A stretch of DNA of 64,000 bases, taken from an uncultured Myxococcales bacterium (GTDB taxonomy: Bacteria; Myxococcota; B64-G9). The notes under the pieces were generated by a model that did not search any database, had not been told where the DNA came from, and worked only from the letters and a program-made list of their open reading frames with translations. Positions within the stretch are counted from its first letter, which is position 1; the number at the start of each line of letters is the position of its first letter. Below are positions 1 to 10,098 of the stretch, piece after piece. The position numbers and the translations under genes are program-made. Location of the stretch: the NCBI GenBank assembly GCA_964513625.1, contig CAZENH010000002.1, positions 14,403-78,402 of the forward strand, read 5' to 3'.

Positions 1-1796
1 CCTGGGATCGAACCACCAAGTTGCCGGTCTTTGTCAGTCTGGCCGGCAGCGGCCAGGTGGCGCGGCTGGATTTTCGTTACCCGGGATATGGGCCCGATTA
101 CGCCCAACGCATGGATCTGACCGAAATTCTCGAGGTAGGCGGCCGTCCCTCTGGAATGGCGATGACTCGGGACGGTAGCCAGGTTTTCGTGGCAGACCAG
201 GCATCGGACAGCATCATCGCCATCGATACAGATTGGATGACTTTCGACAGGATAGACATAGGCGGGCCTTCAAGAAGGCTTGCTTTGACTCCGGACGACT
301 CGACGCTTTACGTGGTGCGTCTCGACGACGGCTTGATAAGCCTGGTTGATGTTGCCACGCATAGTTACAGGCCTGCCGGGCAGGCCCCGGTCAACGCGCA
401 GGATCCCGAGGGCTGGCCGAGCGACATCCGCTTGCCCGGCATACCCCGTTCCATTGCTTTCGCAAAAGGTATCACGGTCAAAGTCTTCGACGAGACCGGA
501 TTGGCTTCCAGGGACTACACCACGGAGCTTCTGGCAAGTTACGAGTCGACCGGAATACTCAAGGATAACCCCGACTACGAAGAGACCATTGTCAAGACAT
601 TCGCCTTCGTCTCGGACATGAACGGCTACGTGTACTTGCTCGATGCCGAGAACAATCGTGCGGTCGACGTCTACCCCCACCTGGGCCCCAACCTGGGAGG
701 CAAGCCGTCTTTGAATCGCGGCGGTGTGACCATCGAACAGGCTACGCTGAAAGGCTGCAGCGACCAAGCAAGTCACGATTCTAATGACTGCCCGTATCCC
801 ACCCTGGCCGGATATAACGACGATCCCTTCAGCGTTGCTACGAAGAATGACGGAAGCGGCAATTATTTTCCGGTTCCATGTGACGGGAACGGCGATATCG
901 CTCTCGATGCTGACGGAGTCCCCGTCTGTATCTGCAATGCCGGCTACCATGCAATCGGGAGAAACTGCATCAGCGACGACAAGAACGAGATCCTGCGCAA
1001 CTACTACGGCATTCAGGTTCGCCCGGGTATCACCCGCACCGAGGGCTGGATCCTTACCTGGGAGGGCGTGATTACGGGAACCGAACATTCCGTAAGCGGC
1101 AGGCTCGGCGATTGGCGCCTGGACGATGATTGGGAAGGCCTGGACTTCATAGCCTCGGGCGTGGAAGCGGGTGACGTGCTGCAAATTTTGTCCGATCCGC
1201 CTGCGGGGGGTGGGGGAACTGACGATCCCTGTCGTGCCGGCTCGGGCGCTTCCGAAGAAGCAAGCGTGCGCAAGGAATTTGTAATAGGCGCGGTCGATAG
1301 CACGATGCTCGAGATCTCTCCGGTAGGAGGAATCGATCTGTCGGCTTGCTGGCCGGAGGCGGTGCAATACCGGGTGCGGGCCAAGAACGCCTGGACGGTC
1401 TACGGTACCATGTCGGGACCAATGCCACGTCTTACAAATGTGCCTTTTCAGGAATCGGCACCCGATCCGCCGGCTTATGACAACGGTCTGATTGCCTTGA
1501 CCATGTTCGAGCCGGGTACGGATCAGGACGGCAAGCAAGCCGTAATTCCCCGCGACTCGACCTGGGGTTTCAACACAGACAGCGGTTTTGCGACTTACAA
1601 TTTCATTCCCTCGGGGATATCGGGAGGTGTGGCCGGAGAGATGATGCCGGTGGACCTGGAAGACGACGAAGACCCGGCCACCAATGATAGCTCCGGCATT
1701 GACGATAGGCTCTACCTCCTGTTCGAAGGATCCAATGCAATGCTGGAGTTTTTCCCGTCCAACCTGGATCCCACAAATTTCCTCATATACCAGTAG
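1..1796 (+). CDS. Hypothetical secreted protein, 5'-truncated at window edge; beta-propeller-like repeats (LYVVRLDDGLISLVDVATH) plus an EGF-like Cys-rich stretch (CDGNGD..CICNAGYHAIGRNC)
   Basis: Frame-3 ORF open back to position 3 with no in-window start. GC3 ~70% on this strand. The antisense 524-aa ORF is Arg-rich junk. Confidence 0.7.
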   Translation, partial: WDRTTKLPVFVSLAGSGQVARLDFRYPGYGPDYAQRMDLTEILEVGGRPSGMAMTRDGSQVFVADQASDSIIAIDTDWMTFDRIDIGGPSRRLALTPDDSTLYVVRLDDGLISLVDVATHSYRPAGQAPVNAQDPEGWPSDIRLPGIPRSIAFAKGITVKVFDETGLASRDYTTELLASYESTGILKDNPDYEETIVKTFAFVSDMNGYVYLLDAENNRAVDVYPHLGPNLGGKPSLNRGGVTIEQATLKGCSDQASHDSNDCPYPTLAGYNDDPFSVATKNDGSGNYFPVPCDGNGDIALDADGVPVCICNAGYHAIGRNCISDDKNEILRNYYGIQVRPGITRTEGWILTWEGVITGTEHSVSGRLGDWRLDDDWEGLDFIASGVEAGDVLQILSDPPAGGGGTDDPCRAGSGASEEASVRKEFVIGAVDSTMLEISPVGGIDLSACWPEAVQYRVRAKNAWTVYGTMSGPMPRLTNVPFQESAPDPPAYDNGLIALTMFEPGTDQDGKQAVIPRDSTWGFNTDSGFATYNFIPSGISGGVAGEMMPVDLEDDEDPATNDSSGIDDRLYLLFEGSNAMLEFFPSNLDPTNFLIYQ

Positions 1797-1940
1797 AGAC
1801 AAGAGCGGGGACGCAAGTTCACCCCGACAAGGTCGATACCCCATCCCTGATTATTTCAGACTCTTTCATGCGATTGACACCAAAGAAGGCTGGCTGATAC
1901 GGTTCTTTGCAATGCTTCTAGACGTAGACGGGAGGTGCTC

Positions 1941-3611
1941 ATGCGTTTGCATTTGTGCGGCCGGGTCTGGATTGTCTGGGTCGCGTTCGTTTTGTCGCTC
2001 TCGGCATGCAAGTGCGGGAAGAAGGATAAGACTCTCCCGCCGACCGGAACCGATGAAAAAGAGTATAGTTCTACCGTCTCCACATTGCCGGGAGCCAGCT
2101 TCGATAACCTGGCCGGATTGATTCCATCGGAGAGCATCCTGGTTCTGTTATCGGCCGACCTGCAGCCCACGCTTGCCTGGCTTGATAAAAAAGCATGGTT
2201 CCAGGAACTTGTGAAATCAGCGCCTGTCCAGGACGCGCTTTCTGGCGGCACTTTGCTGAAGTTGTCCGGCTTGCGCCACAGGCTCGAATCATCTTCGGCC
2301 GTGCCTCTCGGCAAGCTCCAACTGGACAAGTTGCTTGGAACGCCCTCGGGGCTTGCGCTACGCAGCGGCAAAGACGGTCTCGATGCGTTGATCGTCAAGC
2401 AGGTCGACCTGAAGGTGCAGGCACTCGACCGGTTGGTGGAAACACTCAACCAGATTACTCCGCGAAAGGGAGTGATCGAAAGCCGCGAAGTTTTCGGTCT
2501 TCGGCTGCGGGATATTTCGCTTTCAGGCGGAGCGCACATTTATTACCTGCTATTTTCGAACCTGCTGCTGGCTTCCAACTCGGAAGAGTACTTGCTTGAG
2601 GCCGTGACGCTTGCCCGCGGCAAGTCCAAGGGTGGAATACTTTCAGACAGCCGCATTGCGGCGTTGCTCGCCGAAAAGGGACAAGCGGGAGACCTGGTGG
2701 TCTTGCTTAACCTGCAGCCGCTTGCAAAAAACGAAAACGGCTGGCAGAAAAACGTCATACCAGGAAAACTGCTGGCTTTCAGGCTGTCATCCGGTGCAAA
2801 GCCACGCCTGCAAATCGCGGCGCCGGCAGTGGCGGAGAATCCCGGAAAACCTGCAAACGCGAGATTCGGGGCCGGAAAGATCGTGCCGCTAGACTCACGC
2901 GTTGTTATTGGGTTTGCGGATGCCCGCCTGAAGCAGATCTGGAATGCCGCCCATGAGCAAATTGGAAACGTGCGCAAATTCGAAAAGCAACTCGGGATGA
3001 ACGTAGAACGCGACCTGCTTGCCAACCTGTCTTCGCAGATGACTGTGGTGATCGAGGGCATCGACATTTCTGGAAAAAACCCGTTGCCGGTCGTGGCTGC
3101 ACTGTTTGAAACCAAGGATCCGGCCGCTGCCGAGAGTGCCATGGATAAACTATTTAGCTACTCTTTCGGACAACCGCCTTCAAAGAAACCGCTCAAGGGT
3201 AAGCCCGGTTTAATTGTCCATGAATCGCCTCCAGGACAGGATCTCGCTCCTGCTTTCGCAGTCATCGAAAACTGGTTGATCGTCGGAAGCAGCGGCGATG
3301 CCGTGCGTATGATAGCAGCAACGGCAATAGGGCAAAGGCCTTCAATCCAGGACCTGCCCGGCTTTGCGGAAAAGTTAACCGCCGGCGACAAACCTTGCTT
3401 CATGACTACTTACGTCGATTGCGGTCTGCTATTTGATGACCTGGTGAAATTTTCCAGGGCCAGCGGCAAACACTCCGGCCACTTCGGTGCCGATGACATC
3501 GAAGAGACCGTCGTTCCTTTCTTTGAAGCGCTTGCAAAAATTGGGCGCATAGGGGGGCGCATCGTCGTCGCCGAGAGCGGCGCACGGGGCAGCCTAGTGC
3601 CACTTCAATGA
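1941..3611 (+). CDS. Lipoprotein of ~556 aa, first gene of the alpha-2-macroglobulin operon; possibly YfaA/DUF2138-like
   Basis: GGGAGG RBS 7 nt upstream of ATG 1941 (the ORF track begins at GTG 1935). Lipobox LSLSAC. The stop overlaps the next start as ATGA. Size matches E. coli YfaA (562 aa), but the family label rests on context only. Confidence 0.6.
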   Translation: MRLHLCGRVWIVWVAFVLSLSACKCGKKDKTLPPTGTDEKEYSSTVSTLPGASFDNLAGLIPSESILVLLSADLQPTLAWLDKKAWFQELVKSAPVQDALSGGTLLKLSGLRHRLESSSAVPLGKLQLDKLLGTPSGLALRSGKDGLDALIVKQVDLKVQALDRLVETLNQITPRKGVIESREVFGLRLRDISLSGGAHIYYLLFSNLLLASNSEEYLLEAVTLARGKSKGGILSDSRIAALLAEKGQAGDLVVLLNLQPLAKNENGWQKNVIPGKLLAFRLSSGAKPRLQIAAPAVAENPGKPANARFGAGKIVPLDSRVVIGFADARLKQIWNAAHEQIGNVRKFEKQLGMNVERDLLANLSSQMTVVIEGIDISGKNPLPVVAALFETKDPAAAESAMDKLFSYSFGQPPSKKPLKGKPGLIVHESPPGQDLAPAFAVIENWLIVGSSGDAVRMIAATAIGQRPSIQDLPGFAEKLTAGDKPCFMTTYVDCGLLFDDLVKFSRASGKHSGHFGADDIEETVVPFFEALAKIGRIGGRIVVAESGARGSLVPLQ

Positions 3612-4714
3612 AGCGCGGCCGCGAAATTCTGATGCTTGCCCTGGGGGCTTCGCTGCTACTAGCCCTGTTTGCGGCCAGCGTAGTGCTACCGCTGAAGAGA
3701 ACGCTGACTCTTTTTCCTGACAGCCTGCCGGCCGATTCCTGCTCCAGCGCCAAACTTGTCTGGTCGCAAACAAATATCTATGGCAGTCCGGTACCTTACT
3801 TTCCACAAACGATCCGTGTGGCCGTTGTCAAGGGTGCAGACAGAGTCAAGCTTCTGGGAAGCACATCACGCACCAACGGCCCGGCCTACCTCGAGATGGG
3901 CTTGCGCGCCAAAGGCGATTCCGGCGAGGTGATAATAACGATCGACGAGGGCTCTCATCAATCGCGACGCAGGCTGAATATTTTAGCGCGCCGCGGTGAT
4001 AACGACGGTGACGGGATGCCGGACCAGATTGAGTTGAACGATGCGGCCGATCGAAACGCTTTCAGGCAATGGTTCGTGGCAATCGCCGAGGCGCAGTTCT
4101 ACAGGCCCGATTCGCGCTGGGCCAAGATCCACCACGACTGCGCGGGCCTGGTTCGCTTCGCCTACAAGGAGGCGCTCAGAAAGCATGACGAAGAGTGGCT
4201 TTCCTCAATACCCTATTTACACCATTCGACCTTTGATGACGTGCGGCGCTATAACTTTCCGAACGTCCCGGTTATCGGAGATAGGCTATTCAGGGTGAGA
4301 GCGGGGCGTCTCGGGTCTCCGGGCGACGTAGAACGAGACTTCTCAGCCTCCGCTTCTGCGCGCGCCCTGTGGGAGTACAATACGGTTTTTGTCTCCAAGG
4401 ATCTGAAAAACGCTCTTCCGGGTGATTTGCTGTTTTTCCGTGACCCGGACAGGCAGCCGGAACCTATGCATTCCATGATCCTGCTCGATCGTTTCGATAG
4501 AGCGGATGGCCCGCGGGTCGTCTATCACACTGGACGCCTGGCCGACGATGACCCCGGGGAAGTGCGCCTGGTTAAACTTGCGGCACTGAGTGCGCATAAG
4601 GACGATCGCTGGCGCGTGCGTCCGGACAATCCGTACTTTGAAGGTTTCTACCGCTTCAAGATTATCGCAGGCGCCCGTCTCAATATGCCGTTTTTCGAAG
4701 ATGGGCACCACTAA
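3608..4714 (+). CDS. DUF1175-like (YfaT-like) protein, the usual companion of bacterial alpha-2-macroglobulin
   Basis: 368-aa ORF with N-terminal TM/signal segment. ATGA overlap with the upstream gene. Sits immediately 5' of the A2M gene as yfaT does next to yfaS. Family assignment from context plus weak motif memory. Confidence 0.5.
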   Translation: MKRGREILMLALGASLLLALFAASVVLPLKRTLTLFPDSLPADSCSSAKLVWSQTNIYGSPVPYFPQTIRVAVVKGADRVKLLGSTSRTNGPAYLEMGLRAKGDSGEVIITIDEGSHQSRRRLNILARRGDNDGDGMPDQIELNDAADRNAFRQWFVAIAEAQFYRPDSRWAKIHHDCAGLVRFAYKEALRKHDEEWLSSIPYLHHSTFDDVRRYNFPNVPVIGDRLFRVRAGRLGSPGDVERDFSASASARALWEYNTVFVSKDLKNALPGDLLFFRDPDRQPEPMHSMILLDRFDRADGPRVVYHTGRLADDDPGEVRLVKLAALSAHKDDRWRVRPDNPYFEGFYRFKIIAGARLNMPFFEDGHH

Positions 4715-4775
4715 ATCATTGGTTTGTTTTAGATGTTAGATCAGTTTCGAGATAAGAACTAGCTGGAGGCAGGAA

Positions 4776-7700
4776 ATGAAAAGAAGAGTCAATGACTTTT
4801 GCCGATTTGCAACCGTGTTGATTGCCTTGTTGGTAACGACCGGTACGGCCGGCGCCGCGCAGCCGAGATTCTATCTTTCGACCGAACGGGTATTCTCGCC
4901 GGCGGAACGCGATATTCACGTGCGCCTGGAGGCCAGGAGTCTGCCATACGTTGATTTCCGGCTCTATCGCGTACCGGATCCGCTGAAATTCTTTGGTCAG
5001 CAGGAGGACCTGCACCGGATCGAGATGAAAAATGCCCCGGCGCGCATGAACAGTCTTGACGTGCTAGCAGGCCTTTGGCGTGACTCCTTGCAGACAAGTT
5101 TGCAACAGATGCGCGAGCGTTTTTCGGACAAGGCCCGAAAGGCAGGTCGGAAAGTCTTCGCTAAACAGTTACAGAAAATAGAAGAATCCATTGCCAAGAC
5201 ACCGGCGATGACAACGGTTGTTCCATTTATCAGCGGTCTCGACCTGGTGGACAGCTGGCGCGAGGAGATCCCGCCCGAATCACCCGAATGGGCCTACCTG
5301 GATGTCAAGATCAACACTCACCAGCCGGGTGTGTACCTGGTTCAGGGCGTTCATGGCAGCGAGTTGGGTTACACCATGGTGATTATTTCCAGGATGATCG
5401 TCCTTACTCGTCAAGGTCCCGACAAGATCATGGTTTACGCCGTCGATCCCGACCTTGGCTCTCCTGTCGAGGAGGCTGCGATTGTCATAAACAACGGCGA
5501 CGAGGCAGTCGGGCAGGGTAAAACCGGTAAAGACGGTCTGTGGTCGAAGGAGATTCCACTCGAGCGCTCGCTTTCAATATTCGCTTCTCGCGGAGAAGAT
5601 TTCGCGCTGGCCGATCCAACTTATCATCCCGCCGGCCTTTTTGGACGCAAGGTCTATTTGGCCACCGAGCGCCCGGTCTACCGACCGGGTCAAGAAGTGT
5701 TTTTCAAGGGAATCGTACGCGGCTATGAAAATGAAACTTACAAGATCGATCGCGATTTGAAGTCGGCCAATATAAGCGTACACGATCCGAACGGACAGGA
5801 GATTTTCAAAGGCAGTCTGCCGATCGGAGAAAACGGCTCTTTCGACGGTCGCTTCGTGCTTTTCGACGGTGCTGCAATGGGCACCTACCAGTTGGTCTCC
5901 GAGGTCGGGGGCAAGGAGTACGGTGGTGAGTTCAAGGTCAAGGCGTACCGCAAACCTGAATACCTTGTGAAACTGTCAACGCCCAGGAAGTCCTTCATCA
6001 GCGGAGAAAAAGTCTCCGCTGTGGTTGCGGCCAACTATTATTTCGGTCCACCTGTCCCGAACGCCAAGGTCAAAGTGAGTGTCTTCAGAACTCGCTTCTA
6101 TATTCCCTGGTGGATCGATGCCGACTATTCCTGGTACTACTCGGATGCCGAGTACCAGAGCACTATTCGTGAGACCATCGTCGAGAAGGAAGGTCGGCTG
6201 GACAAGGACGGCCGCTTCAAGTTCGACTTCGAGACTTCGTCCGAGGGAAATGACTACACCTACGGCATGGAGGCAGTGGTCACCGACGCTTCCAACCAGG
6301 CAGTTAGCGGCCACTCCTCAGTTAGTGTCACCAGAGCCAGGTTTCGCCTGACGCTTCTGCCTCAACAGTTGTTGTTCAGTCCCGGCCAGGAGGCACGGGT
6401 TCTCCTTTCGACGACCGATTTCGATAAGAAATCCATTGCGGCGGATGTGAATGTTGAAATCACTGCCTCGCTGGGCAGTGAACCCTCAAAGGCCTCAGAG
6501 CAAAAGATCTTATCCCGGCGCATATCTACCGGATCCAAGGGCGAGGAAGTCATTTCGTTCACACCAACCAGGGGAGGCAGCTACAAACTGACGGCCAAGG
6601 CCACCGATGAGCAAGGTCACAGCATCGAAACCAGTACTACCCTGTATGTGACCAGCGACGGCGGAGACATTCCCTATTCTCCTGACGAACTCCAGATCAT
6701 CGCAGATCGTCGCAGCTACAAGGTTGGCGATAAGGCACGTTTTCTGGTGCTAACGCCGCATGCCGATGCTCACCTGTTGTTCAGCATCGAGGGTGGGCGA
6801 CTATACGGCGCAGAGACGGGGCGGGCGAGGGGATTCTCACGAGTATTCGAGGTCAAGATCACGGAGGCGCAAACACCCAACTTCACGGTCAGGCTGGCGA
6901 CGGTTTTTGATCACACGCTTTACGAGCGGCGTCTCGACGTAGTCGTCCCGCCCCGGCAGAAACTGTTGTCGGTCAGAGTGAGTTCCGACAAGAAAGTGGC
7001 CAAGCCGGGCGAGGAAATCCGCTTCGAGGTGCTGGTTGCCGACAACCTGGGACACCCGGTGGCAGGTGCTGATGTGGCATTAGGCATTGTTGACGAGGCA
7101 ATTTACGGGATCAGTCCCGAATTGGCGGTGCCTATCTCGCAGTTCTTCTATCATCGCAAGCGTAACAACGTTCGTGCACTGTGCTCACTCGACTTTCGCT
7201 TCTACGGCTACGGACAGGACTCGCGCGATCGTATGGCCGCGCTCACAATGCGTAATCCGGTCGTTCCGGGCTCCTTCAAAACCATGGCCAACAACCGGGT
7301 TCGTCGCAGGTTCAAGGATACACTGGCCTGGTACCCGCACCTGGTCACCGATAGTGCCGGCAAGGCCCGGGCGAAGGTGAAGGCTCCCGACAACTTGACT
7401 ACCTGGCGTGCCTCGGCACGAGTCATCACGTCCGACACGCGGGTGGGCCAGGGAGCCGGTAAGATGCTGGTAACCAAGCCTGTCGTAACACGCCTGGCGG
7501 CTCCTGCATTCCTGGTTGAGCGTGACAGGGCAACCGTAGGAGTCCTGGTACACAACTATACCGACAAAACCAGGATTTTTGAGACCAGTTTGCAGACTGA
7601 AGGGCAGAAGCTGCGCATTTCTTCCGAACCGGTCAAGCTGGAGATCAAGCCCCAGGGCATGGGAGCGGCCGAATTCCAACTACAGGCCCTGAAGTCGGGT

Positions 7701-9380
7701 ACGGCCGTCCTGCGCGCGTCGGCGATCTCGAAGGGCGCCTCTGACTCGCTCGAGCGCAAGATTGACCTTTGTCCCTACGGAATGCAGCAGCACTTGCTTG
7801 CCGGTGGCACACTGGATGATCAAAATCCCGAGACGGCTGTAGCACTGACAGTACCGGAGAGCGCCAGGCCCGAAAGCGTATCGGCCACGGTAACTTTATC
7901 GAGCGGTATCGCTCCGGTTCTGCTCGACTCTCTGGATTACCTCGCAGGTTACCCTTACGGATGCACCGAACAGACCATGAACCGTTTTTTGCCCGACCTG
8001 GTCGTAGCTAAAACGCTTCAAGAGTTGGGCATGAAAAGCAAGCGACTCGAGGACGAGTTGCCACGCTTCATCCGGGCAGGGCTGGCCCGCCTGGGACAGT
8101 TGCAGCACCAGGACGGGGGCTGGGGCTGGTGGTCCGATGACTCGACCGATGCTTTCATGACGGCTTATGTCGTATCAGGCCTGGTGCTGGCCAAGAACCT
8201 GAAGTGGACCGTAGACGCGGATATGCTTGGGCGTGGAACAAACCGCCTCAAGGCCCTGGTCAAAAGCCCTCGGCTGAACGCCAACCAGCGCTCGTACTTG
8301 CTGTACAGCCTGGCCTTGGCGGGTGTTGATTACAAATCAATGGTCGAGAAGATCAGCCGAGATCGAAAACTCTCGGTCTACGGACAGGCCTTGTCGGCAA
8401 TGGCCTTACTGGAGATGGGCAAGCGTGAGGCCGCCGAGGCTTTGACAGGTCGGATCGACCTGGCGGTCAACAAGAGCGATAAAGGAGCATGGTGGGGCAA
8501 CGAACGGGCAGGCCCGGGCTGGGAAGACGACCCAATAGAGTCCACGGCCGCGGCACTGCGCGTACTGGTAACGCTGAAACCCGCCAGTCTGAACATTGGT
8601 CAAGCTGTGCGCTGGCTGATGTCGGAGCGCGAGGAAGGCCGCTGGCACTCGACACGTGACACGGCAATGGTGGTTTTTGCGCTGGTCGACTACCTCGAGA
8701 AACAGGGTTCAGCTGAATACCAGGCAAATGTCGAGTTGGCGCTCAATGATCAGAAGAAAATTGAAAAGGCTTTCGGCCCCGAGGACGTTTTCAAGCCGAG
8801 CGTGACTTTACTGTCCGATGCCAAGGCAAAAGTAGGGAGAAACACTGTTCATATCGCGCGTCAGGGCAAGGGTGTGCTGTTTTACAACCTGGCTTTGAAC
8901 TTTTTCGGACGCCAGGAACAAATCGCTGCCCGAGGAGAGCGCTTGCGAATCAAGCGCAGTGTGTTTGCTCTGAGCAAGAAACTGGTTGGCGACAGCTGGC
9001 GTTTTCACGCAAGGCCCTCAGACGGCAAAGCTCATCCGGGAGACGAGCTGCTGGTTGTGCTGGAGATCTCCGCAACACGAGATACCGACTACGTGATGAT
9101 TGAAGATCCCCTTCCGGCCGGCGTCCAGCCCATAGAAAGTGATCAGGGATACGCGCTTCCCGGCTACGAGCTGCGCCAGCCGGGACTACATCGCGAATTC
9201 AGAGATCAGCATGTCGCTTTTTTCATATCCAGCCTGAACAAGGGCAGCAGGAAATTAGCCTACCTGGTTCGCGCCGCCATACCGGGCACCTACCACGTCA
9301 TGCCGGCTGGTGTGCTGCCGATGTACGATCCGCAGTTTGGCGGTAATTCTGCCAGCGCTATCCTGCGAATCGAGGACTAA
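4776..9380 (+). CDS. Bacterial alpha-2-macroglobulin family protein (1534 aa), periplasmic, carrying a thioester-like GCTEQ motif
   Basis: Signal peptide (MKRRVNDFCRFATVLIALLVTTGTAGAA). Macroglobulin-sized. Thioester-region motif LAGYPYGCTEQTMNRF (CxEQ). C-terminal A2M receptor-like region. Flanked by DUF1175-like and DUF2135-like genes. Confidence 0.9.
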   Translation: MKRRVNDFCRFATVLIALLVTTGTAGAAQPRFYLSTERVFSPAERDIHVRLEARSLPYVDFRLYRVPDPLKFFGQQEDLHRIEMKNAPARMNSLDVLAGLWRDSLQTSLQQMRERFSDKARKAGRKVFAKQLQKIEESIAKTPAMTTVVPFISGLDLVDSWREEIPPESPEWAYLDVKINTHQPGVYLVQGVHGSELGYTMVIISRMIVLTRQGPDKIMVYAVDPDLGSPVEEAAIVINNGDEAVGQGKTGKDGLWSKEIPLERSLSIFASRGEDFALADPTYHPAGLFGRKVYLATERPVYRPGQEVFFKGIVRGYENETYKIDRDLKSANISVHDPNGQEIFKGSLPIGENGSFDGRFVLFDGAAMGTYQLVSEVGGKEYGGEFKVKAYRKPEYLVKLSTPRKSFISGEKVSAVVAANYYFGPPVPNAKVKVSVFRTRFYIPWWIDADYSWYYSDAEYQSTIRETIVEKEGRLDKDGRFKFDFETSSEGNDYTYGMEAVVTDASNQAVSGHSSVSVTRARFRLTLLPQQLLFSPGQEARVLLSTTDFDKKSIAADVNVEITASLGSEPSKASEQKILSRRISTGSKGEEVISFTPTRGGSYKLTAKATDEQGHSIETSTTLYVTSDGGDIPYSPDELQIIADRRSYKVGDKARFLVLTPHADAHLLFSIEGGRLYGAETGRARGFSRVFEVKITEAQTPNFTVRLATVFDHTLYERRLDVVVPPRQKLLSVRVSSDKKVAKPGEEIRFEVLVADNLGHPVAGADVALGIVDEAIYGISPELAVPISQFFYHRKRNNVRALCSLDFRFYGYGQDSRDRMAALTMRNPVVPGSFKTMANNRVRRRFKDTLAWYPHLVTDSAGKARAKVKAPDNLTTWRASARVITSDTRVGQGAGKMLVTKPVVTRLAAPAFLVERDRATVGVLVHNYTDKTRIFETSLQTEGQKLRISSEPVKLEIKPQGMGAAEFQLQALKSGTAVLRASAISKGASDSLERKIDLCPYGMQQHLLAGGTLDDQNPETAVALTVPESARPESVSATVTLSSGIAPVLLDSLDYLAGYPYGCTEQTMNRFLPDLVVAKTLQELGMKSKRLEDELPRFIRAGLARLGQLQHQDGGWGWWSDDSTDAFMTAYVVSGLVLAKNLKWTVDADMLGRGTNRLKALVKSPRLNANQRSYLLYSLALAGVDYKSMVEKISRDRKLSVYGQALSAMALLEMGKREAAEALTGRIDLAVNKSDKGAWWGNERAGPGWEDDPIESTAAALRVLVTLKPASLNIGQAVRWLMSEREEGRWHSTRDTAMVVFALVDYLEKQGSAEYQANVELALNDQKKIEKAFGPEDVFKPSVTLLSDAKAKVGRNTVHIARQGKGVLFYNLALNFFGRQEQIAARGERLRIKRSVFALSKKLVGDSWRFHARPSDGKAHPGDELLVVLEISATRDTDYVMIEDPLPAGVQPIESDQGYALPGYELRQPGLHREFRDQHVAFFISSLNKGSRKLAYLVRAAIPGTYHVMPAGVLPMYDPQFGGNSASAILRIED

Positions 9381-9384
9381 GACC

Positions 9385-10080
9385 ATGAAACACTTAATGC
9401 TAGTCGGGTTGTGGCTGTGCCTTGCTCCGGCGGCCGCCGGGGCAGCCGACAACCAGCCGCCCACTGTTGAGATCGAGCAGCCCAGAGGAGGCTGGTCCAC
9501 CAGCCGGATCATCGAGCTCAAAGGCACGATCAGCGATGAATCGATCACCAGGGCAACCCTGGTCGTCAACGGCTACGAGCGCACAATCGACGCCAACGGC
9601 GGACAGTTCGCGGCGACAATTGTGGTCTCCAGGGGAGCCAACAGCATCGAAGTAGTGGCCGCTAACGAGTCTGGCGAGGGCCGTGACAGCGTGTCATTTT
9701 TTTCGGATGTGCCTCCCGTCGACATGCAGGTCATCCTGAGCTGGGACACAGACGGAACCGATGTCGATTTGCATGTTGTCGATCCATCAGCTGAAGAATG
9801 CTACTACGGGCACCGGCTGACAAAGATGGGAGGTAAGCTGGACGTAGACGACACCGACGGCTTCGGTCCCGAAGTTTTCACTCTGGCCAATGCTCGAAGC
9901 GGAAAATACCAGATCAAGATCAAATATTTTTCTTCGCACGGACATCCTCAAACCAAGGTGCGCATCCAGGTAGTGCTGTTCGAGGGTACCAACAGGGAAC
10001 GCCGGCTGGAGTTTTTCAAGATCTTGACCAAAACCGGAGACATACAGGAGGTAGGCGTCTTCGACGTCAGCAGGCAATAG
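9385..10080 (+). CDS. DUF2135-like (YfaP-like) secreted protein
   Basis: ATG 4 nt after the A2M stop. Signal peptide MKHLMLVGLWLCLAPAAAGAA. Motif WDTDGTDVDLHVVDPSAEECYYGH…DDTDGFGPEVF, typical of the DUF2135 partner in yfaS-type operons. Confidence 0.6.
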   Translation: MKHLMLVGLWLCLAPAAAGAADNQPPTVEIEQPRGGWSTSRIIELKGTISDESITRATLVVNGYERTIDANGGQFAATIVVSRGANSIEVVAANESGEGRDSVSFFSDVPPVDMQVILSWDTDGTDVDLHVVDPSAEECYYGHRLTKMGGKLDVDDTDGFGPEVFTLANARSGKYQIKIKYFSSHGHPQTKVRIQVVLFEGTNRERRLEFFKILTKTGDIQEVGVFDVSRQ

Positions 10081-10098
10081 AAAGTACTACTCACTGCA

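Noticed and set aside
270-1844. 524-aa minus-strand ORF antisense to the first CDS
   Set aside because: Arg/Gly-rich with no motif and poor third-position bias. The plus-strand frame has GC3 ~70% and recognisable propeller and Cys-rich modules. It is a typical high-GC shadow ORF.
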